From the NCBI GenBank assembly GCA_945865405.1, contig CAMBDS010000012.1, positions 2,383 through 66,382 on the forward strand: 64,000 nt of DNA, in the 5' to 3' direction. The notes beneath the pieces are model-generated. The model did not search any database. It was not told where the DNA came from and saw only the letters and a list, made by a program, of their open reading frames with translations. This DNA is from Caldithrix abyssi DSM 13497 (GTDB taxonomy: Bacteria; Electryoneota; AABM5-125-24; Hatepunaeales; Hatepunaeaceae). The translations under genes were made by a program, and so were the position numbers. Below are positions 1 to 10,249 of this stretch, piece by piece. The stretch's first letter is position 1; each line of letters starts with the position of its first letter.

Positions 1-873
1 AGCAAGCTGTTGACGCAAAAATTTGCTCGCCGAGACACCGCCAGCAACAATCAAAGCCTCGTAGCGTTTTTCTGATAAAGCATGTGATAGTGGTGCTGCA
101 ATACTTTTATATACGGAGTTCATCAGTCCGGCGCAAATAGCTTTCCGCTCCTCGTCATCGAGCCTAACCGTTCCAGAATCGGCACGGGCTCCAACCTTAG
201 TAATATGGCCAAGGACTGCGGTTTTTATTCCACTGAAACTGAACGCGTACGGGTCGCCTTTGACCCGTGAAACTGGAAACAAGACGGGTTTTCCAATATA
301 CTCTATCGCCAATTTATCTATCTGAGCCCCTGCTGGAAAAGGAAATCCGATTACTCTTCCCACTTTATCAAACAATTCCCCCACCGCATCGTCTTTGGTT
401 GAGCCAAGAAATTTGTATTTGCCAAGCCCCTCAACCGCAATCAAAAGTGTATGTCCACCAGAGACGATCAAGGCTAACGAAGGCAATGGGAGTGTCCCGT
501 GTGTCAATTGCGCAATCCAGAGATGAGCTTCGATGTGATTAATAGCCCAAAAAGGGATACCCATAGCGCCAGAGTATCCTTTCGCAAACGAAAGCCCAAC
601 AAGCAAGGCACCAGCCAATCCGGGGCCATAGGTCACGGCTACGCCTGTAACATCTGAAGGTTTCAAGCCAGCTTCATTTAATATGCTCTGAACAGCCGGA
701 GCGAGCAATCTTTCGTGTGCTCGAGATGCAAGCTCAGGGACTACCCCACCGTAATATTCGTGAAGAACTTGTCTAGTTGTCCTATCTGCAACGATTTCTC
801 CATCAACCAAAAGTGCTGCTGCAGTCTCGTCGCAGGAAGTCTCTATGCCAAGGATTACGCTTCGGTCTCTCAT
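1..873 (-). CDS. tsaD: tRNA N6-adenosine threonylcarbamoyltransferase TsaD (Kae1/Gcp family); C-terminus lies outside the window
   Basis: The minus-strand frame is open from the window edge to the ATG at 873-871. My translation reads MRDRSVILGIETSCDETAAALL...VTYGPGLAGALLVG...INHIEAHL...VSGGHT...IVAGGVSAS, the TsaD/Gcp pattern. This ORF is absent from the ORF track because it is truncated. Its start overlaps the upstream stop as ATGA (870-873). Confidence 0.9.
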   Translation of the reverse strand, partial: MRDRSVILGIETSCDETAAALLVDGEIVADRTTRQVLHEYYGGVVPELASRAHERLLAPAVQSILNEAGLKPSDVTGVAVTYGPGLAGALLVGLSFAKGYSGAMGIPFWAINHIEAHLWIAQLTHGTLPLPSLALIVSGGHTLLIAVEGLGKYKFLGSTKDDAVGELFDKVGRVIGFPFPAGAQIDKLAIEYIGKPVLFPVSRVKGDPYAFSFSGIKTAVLGHITKVGARADSGTVRLDDEERKAICAGLMNSVYKSIAAPLSHALSEKRYEALIVAGGVSASKFLRQQLA

Positions 874-1808
874 TTACGAATTGTAACCCGAAGTTTGGTT
901 GGTGTAGTTCCTGTCAATTCTGTTCCTTTGGGAGTATCGACGTGCAACGGCAGCCAGCCTAACTCATTTGGGTTGAATTCTTCACAGTTGACCCAGGCTT
1001 TGATCTGCTCAGGCTCAAGTGATGCCAGAAGCGAAACTGCGCCACTAACAGTAACTTTGGCGGTGTTAGGCTCAAGATAAACCAGTCCTTCTTTCGGAGG
1101 CGATTTCACGTTAACTTCAACATCCGTAAGTTCGCGTTCACCAATACGTTCCACTCTAAATGCAACAGTGGTCTGATCCTGAGTCATTCGAACGTTCTTT
1201 TCGGATGGAGGTTTTAGTCGGACGTTAACTTCGGTAGTTCTGCTTAGGTCGGTTAGTTGAATGAGTTCGGTGAGGATTTCTTCGATTTTAAGAACAGATT
1301 TATGGGGGCCACTAATCAGTGCGGTACCCGGAGTTATCTCAGGATCGCCATATAAAGTATAACCAGGTGAATACTTAACGTCCATGTCCAGCTTGACAGG
1401 CACCGCTAACTCAGTATAATCGTCCATGGCGGTCATAATCGAATCCGGCTTCAGTATCTCAATAGCAGTAACGTTCATGCCGCCTGGAATTACAACGGAT
1501 TCCGGCATCAGTTTTATAACTTTTCCCGGCGTTACACCATTCAAGTCAAGATTCACGTGAGGGTGATTTACGTATCTCAGGCGAAGCAGCTCCTTAGCTC
1601 GACCATGAAATCTTACAAGAGCCTCTTTGGGAAGATCGAACGCTGTCGTTTTACCTTTGGGAATTCCTGTCGCAAAAATCGGAACCGGAAAGGCATCCTC
1701 GAAAATCTTTTCAGTCACAACAAGGAACCAAAGAAGAATCGCAAGTGAAAGCATACCAGCTTTTACGAGGAAATTCTCTTTCAGCCACCTGGGCAATAGG
1801 CGTCTCAT
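870..1808 (-). CDS. YbbR-like (CdaR-type) domain protein with an N-terminal membrane anchor
   Basis: 312-aa ORF. An N-terminal TM segment (AGMLSLAILLWFLVV) is followed by repeated beta-rich units of about 80 aa (VPVKLDMDVKYSPGYTL...ITPGTALISGP...; NVRLKPP...VAFRVE; EVNVKSPP...TAKVTVSG), as in YbbR repeats. No cdaA gene is adjacent. Confidence 0.5.
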   Translation of the reverse strand: MRRLLPRWLKENFLVKAGMLSLAILLWFLVVTEKIFEDAFPVPIFATGIPKGKTTAFDLPKEALVRFHGRAKELLRLRYVNHPHVNLDLNGVTPGKVIKLMPESVVIPGGMNVTAIEILKPDSIMTAMDDYTELAVPVKLDMDVKYSPGYTLYGDPEITPGTALISGPHKSVLKIEEILTELIQLTDLSRTTEVNVRLKPPSEKNVRMTQDQTTVAFRVERIGERELTDVEVNVKSPPKEGLVYLEPNTAKVTVSGAVSLLASLEPEQIKAWVNCEEFNPNELGWLPLHVDTPKGTELTGTTPTKLRVTIRK

Positions 1809-1825
1809 TTTAACAATTTAACCGA

Positions 1826-2797
1826 CTAATATAAATTACATGCAACTTTTCTACCGTCAGGCATCTCTTTCAAGTTGTAGATCCATGTCGAACATTCAGG
1901 TCTTGCCTGCGGACAGCGAGGATGAAAATGACATCCGGATGGCGGATTCATCGAGTTTGGGACATCGCCCGCCAACGGCTCACGGATCTGCCGCATTGAG
2001 GGATCGGGACGAGGAACTGCTGCAATAAGCGCCTTCGTGTAAGGGTGAAGAGGTTCACTAACCACACGCGAAGTTTCTCCACTCTCAACCACTCGGCCAA
2101 GGTACATGACTGCTGTTTCATCAGCGATGTGATCGACGACAGAAAGCGCATGGGAAATAAAGAGATAAGATAGGCTAAGCCGCTTTTGCAGATCCTTCAA
2201 CAGGTTTAATATTTGAGCCTGAATCGATACGTCAAGCGCAGAAACTGGTTCATCCAGAACAAGGAACTCAGGCTCTACTGCAAGCGCACGGACAATGCCA
2301 ATTCTCTGTCTTTGACCACCTGAAAATTCATGTGGGTATCTATGGGCATACTCAGGAGCCAAGCCAACAATACCAAGTAATTCATTAATCCTATCGCTTA
2401 TTTGCTTTACAGGAACTATTTTATGAAACTGAAGTATCTCTTTTAACATCCCCCCAACCGTTATTCGTGGGTTGAGACTGCTATAGGGGTCTTGAAACAC
2501 AATTTGCAATTTTCGGCGATAATTACGTAATTCGGCGGGAGATGCTTTAAGAATATTGGTACCGCGATACAATACTTCTCCGCCCGTTGGTTCGATCAGT
2601 CTTAGGAGTGTCCGCCCGGCTGTGGTTTTGCCACAACCAGATTCTCCGACCAAACCCAATGTTTTGCCAGAATTTATCGATAGCGAAACACTATCGACAG
2701 CTCGAACAGTTCCGGCCTTTTTACCCCAAAAACCGCGACTTACCGGGAAGTGTTTCTGGAGATTCTTGACTTCAAGCAATGGTTGGGTTGAACTCAA
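1826..2797 (-). CDS. ABC transporter ATP-binding protein, oligopeptide/dipeptide OppF/DppF type
   Basis: Walker A GESGCGKTT, ABC signature FSGGQRQRIGI, Walker B FLVLDEPVSALD and the C-terminal oligopeptide-type extension HPYTKALIAAVP...CHFHPRCP. No permease or binding-protein gene is nearby. Confidence 0.85.
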   Translation of the reverse strand: MSSTQPLLEVKNLQKHFPVSRGFWGKKAGTVRAVDSVSLSINSGKTLGLVGESGCGKTTAGRTLLRLIEPTGGEVLYRGTNILKASPAELRNYRRKLQIVFQDPYSSLNPRITVGGMLKEILQFHKIVPVKQISDRINELLGIVGLAPEYAHRYPHEFSGGQRQRIGIVRALAVEPEFLVLDEPVSALDVSIQAQILNLLKDLQKRLSLSYLFISHALSVVDHIADETAVMYLGRVVESGETSRVVSEPLHPYTKALIAAVPRPDPSMRQIREPLAGDVPNSMNPPSGCHFHPRCPQARPECSTWIYNLKEMPDGRKVACNLY

Positions 2798-2830
2798 TCT
2801 ATTCCCACGTTCTGTCGAGTATTAATAATG

Positions 2831-4180
2831 TCATCCGAACAACTTCTCTATCTTCGATACAGATCTATCGTCACAAAAAACTACAACTCTGTCACCTGGG
2901 AGAATTAAGGTATTCCCCGTAGCAACACTAACTTCGCCAAGATGATCGACAGCTCCAAGCAGTGACCCGTCAGGTAGATGGATGTCGCGAAGGTGCTTCC
3001 CGGCCTGTTTGGATTTCTCTCCGATCTGAAATTCGATAATTTCAGCTTTCAAACCTCGTAGCGAAGAGATCGACATGATCTTTCCACCCCGCAAAAATTT
3101 CAGGATTGCATCAGTTGTTAGTAGACGCTCATTGATCGATGTTCCGAGTCCGATTGCCTGCATAACCGGCATATACTGAGGTTTGCTGATCAAGGTAATG
3201 GTTCTCTTCACCTGCATGTGGCGGGCGAAAAGGCTGGTAACGATATTGTTCTCGTCATCATCAGTCAGTGCAGCAAAGACGTCCATTTCCCCAAGACCCT
3301 CGATGGCAAGCAGGTCTATATCTATACCGCTGCTCGCTCGAACAACCATTGTACTAACAAGTCTCTGCACGGCTCGTTCTGCACGCTCTTCATCGCTTTC
3401 GATCAGTTTGATGACTGGCTTTTTCTGTAGCTCAAGCTCTTCTGCAACCATTCTGCCAATAATCCCGCCGCCCATAATCATGATCTTACGGGCTGGTTCG
3501 ACCTTTTTCCCAACCACCTCAAACACTCTGTCGACATCACCAAGGTGACTGATGCAGTAGATTAAGTCTGCCGCTTGTAGCTTGTCATGACTCACTGGAA
3601 TTATTGTGCGTCCTGAACGGCTGATCGCGACCAGTCTAAATGGAACATCAGAATCGTCGGGAGTCACTTCCTGTAATGTCTTTCCGATGATTGGCGAATC
3701 GTCGGAAAGCCTTACCCCCGTCAAGAACATTTTACCACCGGCACACTCGACAATATCGACGGCATCGGGGTATCTGATAAGCCTGACCACTTCTTTGGCA
3801 GACTCAAGTTCAGGATGGATGACCTGGTCGATGCCAATCGAATGAAGTGGAACTGGAGAGTTCAGTTTCGAGTACTCTTGATTACGAATTCTCGCAATCC
3901 GTTTCTTTACTCCAAGCTCCCTTGCCAGCATACAGGCGACGATATTGACTTCGTCAACGTTAGTTACTGCAAGAAGCAGGTCGGCGTTTTGTGCACCAGC
4001 CTGAACCAACGTAGGGATCGATGTGCCGCTACCACGGATTGCAAGAGCATCGATGGTTGAAGTGACTTGATCGACAAGCTCCTGATGATGGTCAATGACG
4101 ATTACTTCGTGGCCTTCCCAAGAGAGACTGCGGGCGAGATGCAGCCCTACTGCCCCGGCTCCGACAATAACGGTTTTCAT
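2831..4180 (-). CDS. trkA: Trk system potassium uptake protein TrkA (two RCK/NAD-binding modules)
   Basis: 449 aa. N-terminal Rossmann motif MKTVIVGAGAVGLHLA and a second one IMIMGGGIIGRMVA, the duplicated TrkA-N/TrkA-C layout. Confidence 0.85.
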   Translation of the reverse strand: MKTVIVGAGAVGLHLARSLSWEGHEVIVIDHHQELVDQVTSTIDALAIRGSGTSIPTLVQAGAQNADLLLAVTNVDEVNIVACMLARELGVKKRIARIRNQEYSKLNSPVPLHSIGIDQVIHPELESAKEVVRLIRYPDAVDIVECAGGKMFLTGVRLSDDSPIIGKTLQEVTPDDSDVPFRLVAISRSGRTIIPVSHDKLQAADLIYCISHLGDVDRVFEVVGKKVEPARKIMIMGGGIIGRMVAEELELQKKPVIKLIESDEERAERAVQRLVSTMVVRASSGIDIDLLAIEGLGEMDVFAALTDDDENNIVTSLFARHMQVKRTITLISKPQYMPVMQAIGLGTSINERLLTTDAILKFLRGGKIMSISSLRGLKAEIIEFQIGEKSKQAGKHLRDIHLPDGSLLGAVDHLGEVSVATGNTLILPGDRVVVFCDDRSVSKIEKLFG

Positions 4181-5466
4181 GAAAGATCTCCGGGGGATGT
4201 GATAATAGTTTTCCCGCCCATGTATTGCCTTAATACTTCAGGGATAATCAACGAGCCTTCTGCCGTCTGATAGTTTTCGAGGATCGCAACCAAAACTCGT
4301 GAAGTCGCAAGCCCTGAACCGTTGAGTGTATGAACAAACTCGCTTTTGCCGGTCGAGTTTCTTCGGAATTTGATCGACGCACGACGTGCTTGAAAATCTT
4401 CGCAATTGCTACAGGATGATACCTCAAGCCATTTTTCAATAGCAGAAGACCAGACTTCGAGATCATAACAGGCCGCTGCGTTGAAGCCCATGTCACCAGC
4501 ACATAGCCTAAGAACTCGATACGGGAGTTCCATAAGCCTTAGAATCGCTTCTGCGTGCCCGACAATTTCTTCCAGTGCAGAATAAGAATCCTCGGGTTTT
4601 TCAAATCGAACCATTTCGACTTTGTTGAACTGGTGTACTCGAAGAAAACCTCTGGTATCTTTGCCGTATGTGCCAGCCTCGCGTCGAAAACAGGGGGAAT
4701 AGGCAGTATAGCGAATTGGAAGGTCTGATTCCTTAAGTATCTCATCTCTGTGCAGGTTGACGAGCGTTACCTCAGAAGTTGGAATCAGAAAAAGATCTTC
4801 CTTTTCCGAGTGGTACATATCGTCTTCAAGTCGGGGAATTTGCCCTGTTGCTCTCATGCTTTCGCGTGACGCGACAAAGGGAGTCATCATCTCTCTATAG
4901 CCATGTACGCCAGTCTGTGTATCGAGAAATAGGTTGATGAGGGACCGTTCAAGCCTGGCTCCTGCACCCTTCCAGACCGGAAATCCCGACCCTGCAATTT
5001 TCCCACCACGCTTGAAATCGAGTATATCGAGTCGTTCTGCCAAGTCGAGGTGATCGAACGGCACAAATTCGTGCTTCAGCGGCTTTCCCCAACTCCTGAC
5101 TATCACATTGGAAGTGGCGTCTTTTCCATCAGGTGTAGAATCTGATGGGACGTTCGGGATGTTCAAAAGCATCTCCTCAACTGATGCCTCTATTTCCCTG
5201 ACATTACTCTCATTGGACTGTATCTCAGCGCCGAGACTTCTCATCTCTTGTTCAATCGAGCTTGCGTCGCCTCCGCCCTTTCGGATTGTTCCAATCTCTT
5301 TCGAAACGGCGTTTCGATTGGCTCGCATATCGTCAAGCCGTGCGACAATCTCTCTGCGACTCTTCTCGAGCTCAAGGATTTTCTCTAACGAATGATTCTC
5401 GCCCCTTCGCTGAAGAGCAGATAGATATTTTTCTGGATTTTGGCGAATCTGTTTGATATCGTGCAT
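4177..5466 (-). CDS. serS: Seryl-tRNA synthetase
   Basis: 429 aa. Starts MHDIKQIRQNPE with an N-terminal coiled-coil arm. Class II core motifs include FRREAG, RVHQFNKVE and GSGLATSRVLVAILENYQ. ATGA overlap with trkA; TAATG overlap at 5464-5468 with the upstream gene. Confidence 0.95.
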   Translation of the reverse strand: MHDIKQIRQNPEKYLSALQRRGENHSLEKILELEKSRREIVARLDDMRANRNAVSKEIGTIRKGGGDASSIEQEMRSLGAEIQSNESNVREIEASVEEMLLNIPNVPSDSTPDGKDATSNVIVRSWGKPLKHEFVPFDHLDLAERLDILDFKRGGKIAGSGFPVWKGAGARLERSLINLFLDTQTGVHGYREMMTPFVASRESMRATGQIPRLEDDMYHSEKEDLFLIPTSEVTLVNLHRDEILKESDLPIRYTAYSPCFRREAGTYGKDTRGFLRVHQFNKVEMVRFEKPEDSYSALEEIVGHAEAILRLMELPYRVLRLCAGDMGFNAAACYDLEVWSSAIEKWLEVSSCSNCEDFQARRASIKFRRNSTGKSEFVHTLNGSGLATSRVLVAILENYQTAEGSLIIPEVLRQYMGGKTIITSPGDLS

Positions 5467-6851
5467 TAAGAGTGTCCACCCCCACGCAACATCTTTAGCG
5501 CCGTTGCAATAAGGATTTTTAGATCGATTAATAGGCTTAAATGGTCAATATAAAAGAGATCGTAGCGAGTCTTCTCAGCAACATCCGCAATTGACTCGTC
5601 GTACTTGTGACGAACTTGTGCCCAACCTGTTATGCCTGGTCTTACCCGCAGCCTTCGCTCGTAGAGTGGTATTATCGTCTTAAACTCCTCAACGAAATTT
5701 GGCCTTTCAGGTCGAGGACCTACCAAAGACATCTGTCCCAGTAGTACGTTGAAAAATTGCGGTAACTCGTCGAGGTGACTCTTTCGCAGAAATCTCCCGA
5801 ATTTTGTCACACGGGGATCGTCTTTTTGCGCCCAAACTGCACCTGAGCTGCTCTCGGCATTGTCAATCATCGAACGAAATTTTAATAGCGTAAAAAGTTG
5901 TCCCTTACGACCAACGCGCTTCTGAGTATAAAATATGGGACCCGGGCCTTCAGATTTAATCAGGATCGCTATAAAGGGAGTTATCGCGAGAACTACAACC
6001 GACATGCAAAGTCCCATCACAATATCAAAAGCTCGCTTGAAGAAGCGAATTGTTGGCGAGACGAGCTGTGGATGCACCTCGATCAAAGGCAACCCGTGAA
6101 TTTCCACAGTATGAACCAGACCTATCACCATTTGATACTGATCGGCGACCAGCATAAATCTTAACTTAAGGTCAATGCACTTATGCAAGACTTTGGTGAC
6201 CAATTTTTCAGCTTCGGATTCTGGTGCGACAAGAATCCATTCTATGTTTCTTTTGCGTACCAATTCCGGGAGATCTTCAATATTACCAAGAAGATACTCT
6301 TTGGTGTTTTCTCTATTGCTGAATGCTTCATCGACAAAGCCAGATATTTTAAAACCCCAAACAGGATAACTATCCAATTGAAGTTGAAGCTTGTGACCAG
6401 TTTCGTTGTCGCCTACGATAATTGCTTCCCAAAGGCCCTTTTTTTGCCAGCGCAATCTTCGTTGATAAGTCCGGATCATTACGCGACTAAATCCCGTAAA
6501 CAGGATGATCAGCCCACCATAATAAGCAAGCAGCAATCTTGTGGGGCTGACTGGATTTGGGACGTCCATTGTGGCGATGAAGAGTACCACAATTCCGATC
6601 AATGTAGCTTTGGTAATTTCTTCAAGTTCGGAAAATCGCGATAGAGCAATTGGATTTGAGTACCTGCCGCGAATAGCAAAAATTACCAGCCAAAAGAACG
6701 AGAGTACAACACCGGGCCAAAAAAGTGATGCCGGCGTAGGGTTAGTGAATATCCCGCTCTCGAAGCGCAAGAGATAGAGAAGTCTCCATGCAACTCCGGT
6801 TCCAATGATATCGGCGACAATCAGTGAAATGACAAGAACTGCTTGATTCAC
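5466..6851 (-). CDS. Polyprenyl-phosphate glycosyl-1-phosphate transferase (WbaP/EpsB-type bacterial sugar transferase); initiating enzyme
   Basis: 461 aa. Multiple N-terminal TM helices and a central Rossmann-like region. The C-terminal sugar-transferase block reads KRAFDIVMG...PIFYTQKRVGRKGQLFTLLKFRSM...DELPQFFNVLLGQMSLVGPRPERP. Confidence 0.85.
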   Translation of the reverse strand: MNQAVLVISLIVADIIGTGVAWRLLYLLRFESGIFTNPTPASLFWPGVVLSFFWLVIFAIRGRYSNPIALSRFSELEEITKATLIGIVVLFIATMDVPNPVSPTRLLLAYYGGLIILFTGFSRVMIRTYQRRLRWQKKGLWEAIIVGDNETGHKLQLQLDSYPVWGFKISGFVDEAFSNRENTKEYLLGNIEDLPELVRKRNIEWILVAPESEAEKLVTKVLHKCIDLKLRFMLVADQYQMVIGLVHTVEIHGLPLIEVHPQLVSPTIRFFKRAFDIVMGLCMSVVVLAITPFIAILIKSEGPGPIFYTQKRVGRKGQLFTLLKFRSMIDNAESSSGAVWAQKDDPRVTKFGRFLRKSHLDELPQFFNVLLGQMSLVGPRPERPNFVEEFKTIIPLYERRLRVRPGITGWAQVRHKYDESIADVAEKTRYDLFYIDHLSLLIDLKILIATALKMLRGGGHS

Positions 6852-7924
6852 CGTTGCGCAGGAAGTTTATTGAGTAATGATTTCATCGCCTCAATCACCT
6901 GTTGGTGTGAAAGCTCATCCATGCAACGGATGTTTTCAAAAATACATCCCTTAAAAGTGCCGTAATAACAAGGGCTACATGGTAGCCCCAAGCTAACTGA
7001 AACGGAATGGTCGCCGGGGGGAAGCTTATGCTTGGCTCCTGTTGGTCCAAATATCCCGACTGTCGGTGCTCCAACTGCAGCTGAAATGTGGAGAGGTGCT
7101 GAGTCGTTCGAAAGCACTATACATGACTGTGCCATTATTGCTGCCGTAAGTCGGATTTCGGTTTTTCCACAGATATTGAATGTAGTTACTTTAGCAAGAT
7201 TCGCAACTTCCTCGCAGACATGAAGGTCACTCCTTGAGCCGGAAAGGATTGTGTCCAGGCCCTCACTCGACTTCAGCCACTCGGCTACTCTTGCAAAACC
7301 CTCAGCCTTCCAACGCTTTTCAGGAGCCTCAGAAGAGGGATTTGACCCACCTCCCGGAAAAATCATCGCGATTCTATTATTTACTATCCCAAGTGAATCA
7401 ATGATGCTTTTCGACGCAGATATTTCATCTGCTGAAACCGCCCATCGATAGCGAAGTTCGTCTTGATCAAACGTAGAATTTCTCTCGGCTACTTTTTCGA
7501 TTACCAAGCGGGTAAGGTCAACTGCATTGGGGGCGCTATGTCTCGTTTCGTCAAGCTTTATTGTTGTCGACGAATCATGATCACTATAAGAGAAAAAGCG
7601 ATCAGATCGCCCCACAAAACGAAAGTATCTATTGAGTAGCCCCGATTTATGAAATGATACCACAACATCAAATAATTCTTTTCGCAACTTCAGCAGGAGG
7701 CGTGATAACCCTACAAGAGCTTTTAACTTGTCGGCAAAGAATAGGCTATTTGGAACTGTAATGACATGATTGAAAAAAGGTAATCCAATTGCCGCAGGCG
7801 AAGCCCAATCGGTTGTCAGCAAGGTGATTTCAGCTTCCGGAATACCATCGCGTAGGAGCTCAAACGCTGGTGTGTGAATTACTAAATCGCCCAGTGCGTG
7901 AAGTTTTATGACGAGTAATTTCAT
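6848..7924 (-). CDS. Glycosyltransferase family 9 (heptosyltransferase-like)
   Basis: 358 aa. Motifs MKLLVIKLHALGDLVIHTPAFELLR, ...IFPGGGSNPS...KRW and LSNDSAPLHISAAVGAPTVGIFGPT are typical GT9 patterns. Confidence 0.75.
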   Translation of the reverse strand: MKLLVIKLHALGDLVIHTPAFELLRDGIPEAEITLLTTDWASPAAIGLPFFNHVITVPNSLFFADKLKALVGLSRLLLKLRKELFDVVVSFHKSGLLNRYFRFVGRSDRFFSYSDHDSSTTIKLDETRHSAPNAVDLTRLVIEKVAERNSTFDQDELRYRWAVSADEISASKSIIDSLGIVNNRIAMIFPGGGSNPSSEAPEKRWKAEGFARVAEWLKSSEGLDTILSGSRSDLHVCEEVANLAKVTTFNICGKTEIRLTAAIMAQSCIVLSNDSAPLHISAAVGAPTVGIFGPTGAKHKLPPGDHSVSVSLGLPCSPCYYGTFKGCIFENIRCMDELSHQQVIEAMKSLLNKLPAQR

Positions 7925-7942
7925 ACATTCACGAGTTGATTA

Positions 7943-8887
7943 TCACTTGGGTCGAACATAGTTATCATAATAAGTAGAATTAATTAAGGATTTGATAGCA
8001 GTGGAGTATCCTTTCATTCTCACAATCTTACCATTTCTCACAAATAGGAAAACAATTAACCACTTTACTCCCAGCATTACTTCCCAAGCAAAAATAGCCA
8101 TATTCGCGGAAATATTATTAAAGTGTTTCTTTAAGAAATAAACAAGACTCCAACTGGCAGAAGCAATTCCCAGCGTCGAGTATTGAACAATGGTTTTACT
8201 GCCGAGATGGATTGCTTTGGCATCAGGATCGAATACGGTTTCGAAGCCCGCCTTATGGGTTTGCATGCAAAGATCTTCTTCTTCAGAAAAGAGGAAATAA
8301 TTTTCATCGAATCCACCAAATTTCACGAACAGGTCTCGTCGCATCATAAATGCCGCACCTAATAACCTATCTACCCGAGTTAGTCCGTCTGGTGGAACGC
8401 GGCGAATTTCCGACTTGCCATTCGATCTATTTAAGGGAAATACTTTATTCAGGCCGACAGCAATCCAAACCGCATAAAAGGGAGTCACAAAACGATAGCT
8501 GGATAGTGTTTTGTTTCCAGCTTCATCATAGATCAGCGGACCAACAATACCAATTTTATTGTCTTCATCGAGAGTTCCAACGAGTCGATCAATTGATTCT
8601 GGCATAGAGCGTGCATCAGAATTCAAGAAATAGAGATAATCTCCCTGAAAGCCATTTGAACCGAGGTTGTTTCCTGCTCCGAAACCGGCGTTTCGTCCCG
8701 CATCGATAAGGCTCACCCATTCAAATTCATGTTTCACAATTTCAGTAGTTTTATCTGATGAATCATTATCAACAACAGATACTTCGATCAAACCTGCAGT
8801 GAAATCGGAATACAAAGAAACAAGGCAGTCACGGATGATGTCGGCGGCATTGAATGTGACAATAACAACCCGAACGCGCTTAGTCAA
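7943..8887 (-). CDS. Glycosyltransferase family 2
   Basis: 314 aa. VRVVIVTFNAADIIRDCLVSL...VSVVDNDSSDKT...FLNSDA...FSEEEDLC is the GT2 (GT-A fold, DxD) pattern. Confidence 0.8.
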   Translation of the reverse strand: MTKRVRVVIVTFNAADIIRDCLVSLYSDFTAGLIEVSVVDNDSSDKTTEIVKHEFEWVSLIDAGRNAGFGAGNNLGSNGFQGDYLYFLNSDARSMPESIDRLVGTLDEDNKIGIVGPLIYDEAGNKTLSSYRFVTPFYAVWIAVGLNKVFPLNRSNGKSEIRRVPPDGLTRVDRLLGAAFMMRRDLFVKFGGFDENYFLFSEEEDLCMQTHKAGFETVFDPDAKAIHLGSKTIVQYSTLGIASASWSLVYFLKKHFNNISANMAIFAWEVMLGVKWLIVFLFVRNGKIVRMKGYSTAIKSLINSTYYDNYVRPK

Positions 8888-8917
8888 TTGCTGGCCAATG
8901 ATTTAGATGCAAGGTGT

Positions 8918-10216
8918 TCAACCACCACTTCTAAAAATGATGTAAAGATCGTCTTTTTTAAGAATCAATACTTCACTCAAATTCATACCAGACTCAATAA
9001 GGAGTAAATGTAAAAACATTAATCCGGCAACAGAATTGACTATTGTAGTGCTGGCGGCTGCGCCTAAGATACCGAATTTTGGAATCAATAATAGTGACAA
9101 AACAATATTCGAAATAAACAACCATACCCCTACCTTCTGTGCACGATCTACCATGCCTTCTTCAAGAATACCGGACAGGAGCTGCGATATTGTGTAAAGA
9201 ACTGATCCAGGTAGAAGTAACAGAAGTGCCTGATAAGCCGGGAGAAACTGTTTGCCCGGGAAAAGTGCAATTAGCGGTGGGCCAAATAAAGCAATTAAAA
9301 CTGCAATCACAACTACCAGAGAGAAGCAGGTTCTTAAAGTAAGTGAGATAAGCTCATAGCCCGGTTCTATACCAAAATTGCGAAAATGTTTAAGTAAATA
9401 GGGGCCGAATATCGCCGGAACCGACCAGATTCCTGCGATGAAAGCCATCACAATAGAATAGTACCCAACTTCATCCGATGTAAGAAACAACCCTATTAAG
9501 AGAGGGTCAAAACGAAGTCTCAGGAGCGTAAAAATGTGAGTACTGTGATAATTAATTCCAAATTTGAGCGCTTTAAGCATCGTCGTTACTTCTATAAACG
9601 GACTTTCGGATGTCGATCTAAATGCTTGAATCAACATTAAAGAAGAGCCAATAAATGCTATTGCAAGCCAAAGTGATATGAATCCGAACGTGGATCCTTC
9701 ATTTAACATTATCAGGACTATTACAAGCGATAGAAAAACAAGCTCTTTGCCCAAAAGTGTGGCGGTCATTTTGAGCAACGACTCCATTCCGAATACCAGC
9801 CCATTACTTAATTCTTGAAGTAGTAATGGTATAATGGCAAGAAGAACAATCACCCAAAGACGATCAGAGACAATAGGATAGTGATTCTGTCTTAGATTTG
9901 TAAAAAATATAGCAACCAAGAAAGTGAAGATACCCCCACCAATGAAACTCAAAGCTATACCGTTACCCAAAAGCGATGGTCTAAGTTCAGGCGACTGACT
10001 TGCAAAGTGTGCATTTGCAAAACCTAATGAACTATGAAAAATGGTTACCAATATTGAAGCCAATGTAAGGGTAATCGTGAAGAGTCCCTTTCCTGATGGT
10101 CCAAGCACCCTCGCGATAAGAAATGTAGTAACTACTCCTATGAATACGACGACAAGTTGGGTTATTAGAGTCGCAATACTCCCCTCAATGACCTGATTTT
10201 CCACCTTCGAAGCCAT
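8918..10216 (-). CDS. wzx: Oligosaccharide/polysaccharide flippase (Wzx-like, MOP superfamily)
   Basis: 432 aa, about 12 predicted TM helices. The N-terminus ...GSIATLITQLVVVFIGVVTTFLIARVLGPSGKGLF is typical of polysaccharide biosynthesis flippases. Confidence 0.7.
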   Translation of the reverse strand: MASKVENQVIEGSIATLITQLVVVFIGVVTTFLIARVLGPSGKGLFTITLTLASILVTIFHSSLGFANAHFASQSPELRPSLLGNGIALSFIGGGIFTFLVAIFFTNLRQNHYPIVSDRLWVIVLLAIIPLLLQELSNGLVFGMESLLKMTATLLGKELVFLSLVIVLIMLNEGSTFGFISLWLAIAFIGSSLMLIQAFRSTSESPFIEVTTMLKALKFGINYHSTHIFTLLRLRFDPLLIGLFLTSDEVGYYSIVMAFIAGIWSVPAIFGPYLLKHFRNFGIEPGYELISLTLRTCFSLVVVIAVLIALFGPPLIALFPGKQFLPAYQALLLLLPGSVLYTISQLLSGILEEGMVDRAQKVGVWLFISNIVLSLLLIPKFGILGAAASTTIVNSVAGLMFLHLLLIESGMNLSEVLILKKDDLYIIFRSGG

Positions 10217-10249
10217 AGGACGATGTAGTGATGAAGTGATGATTCTCTA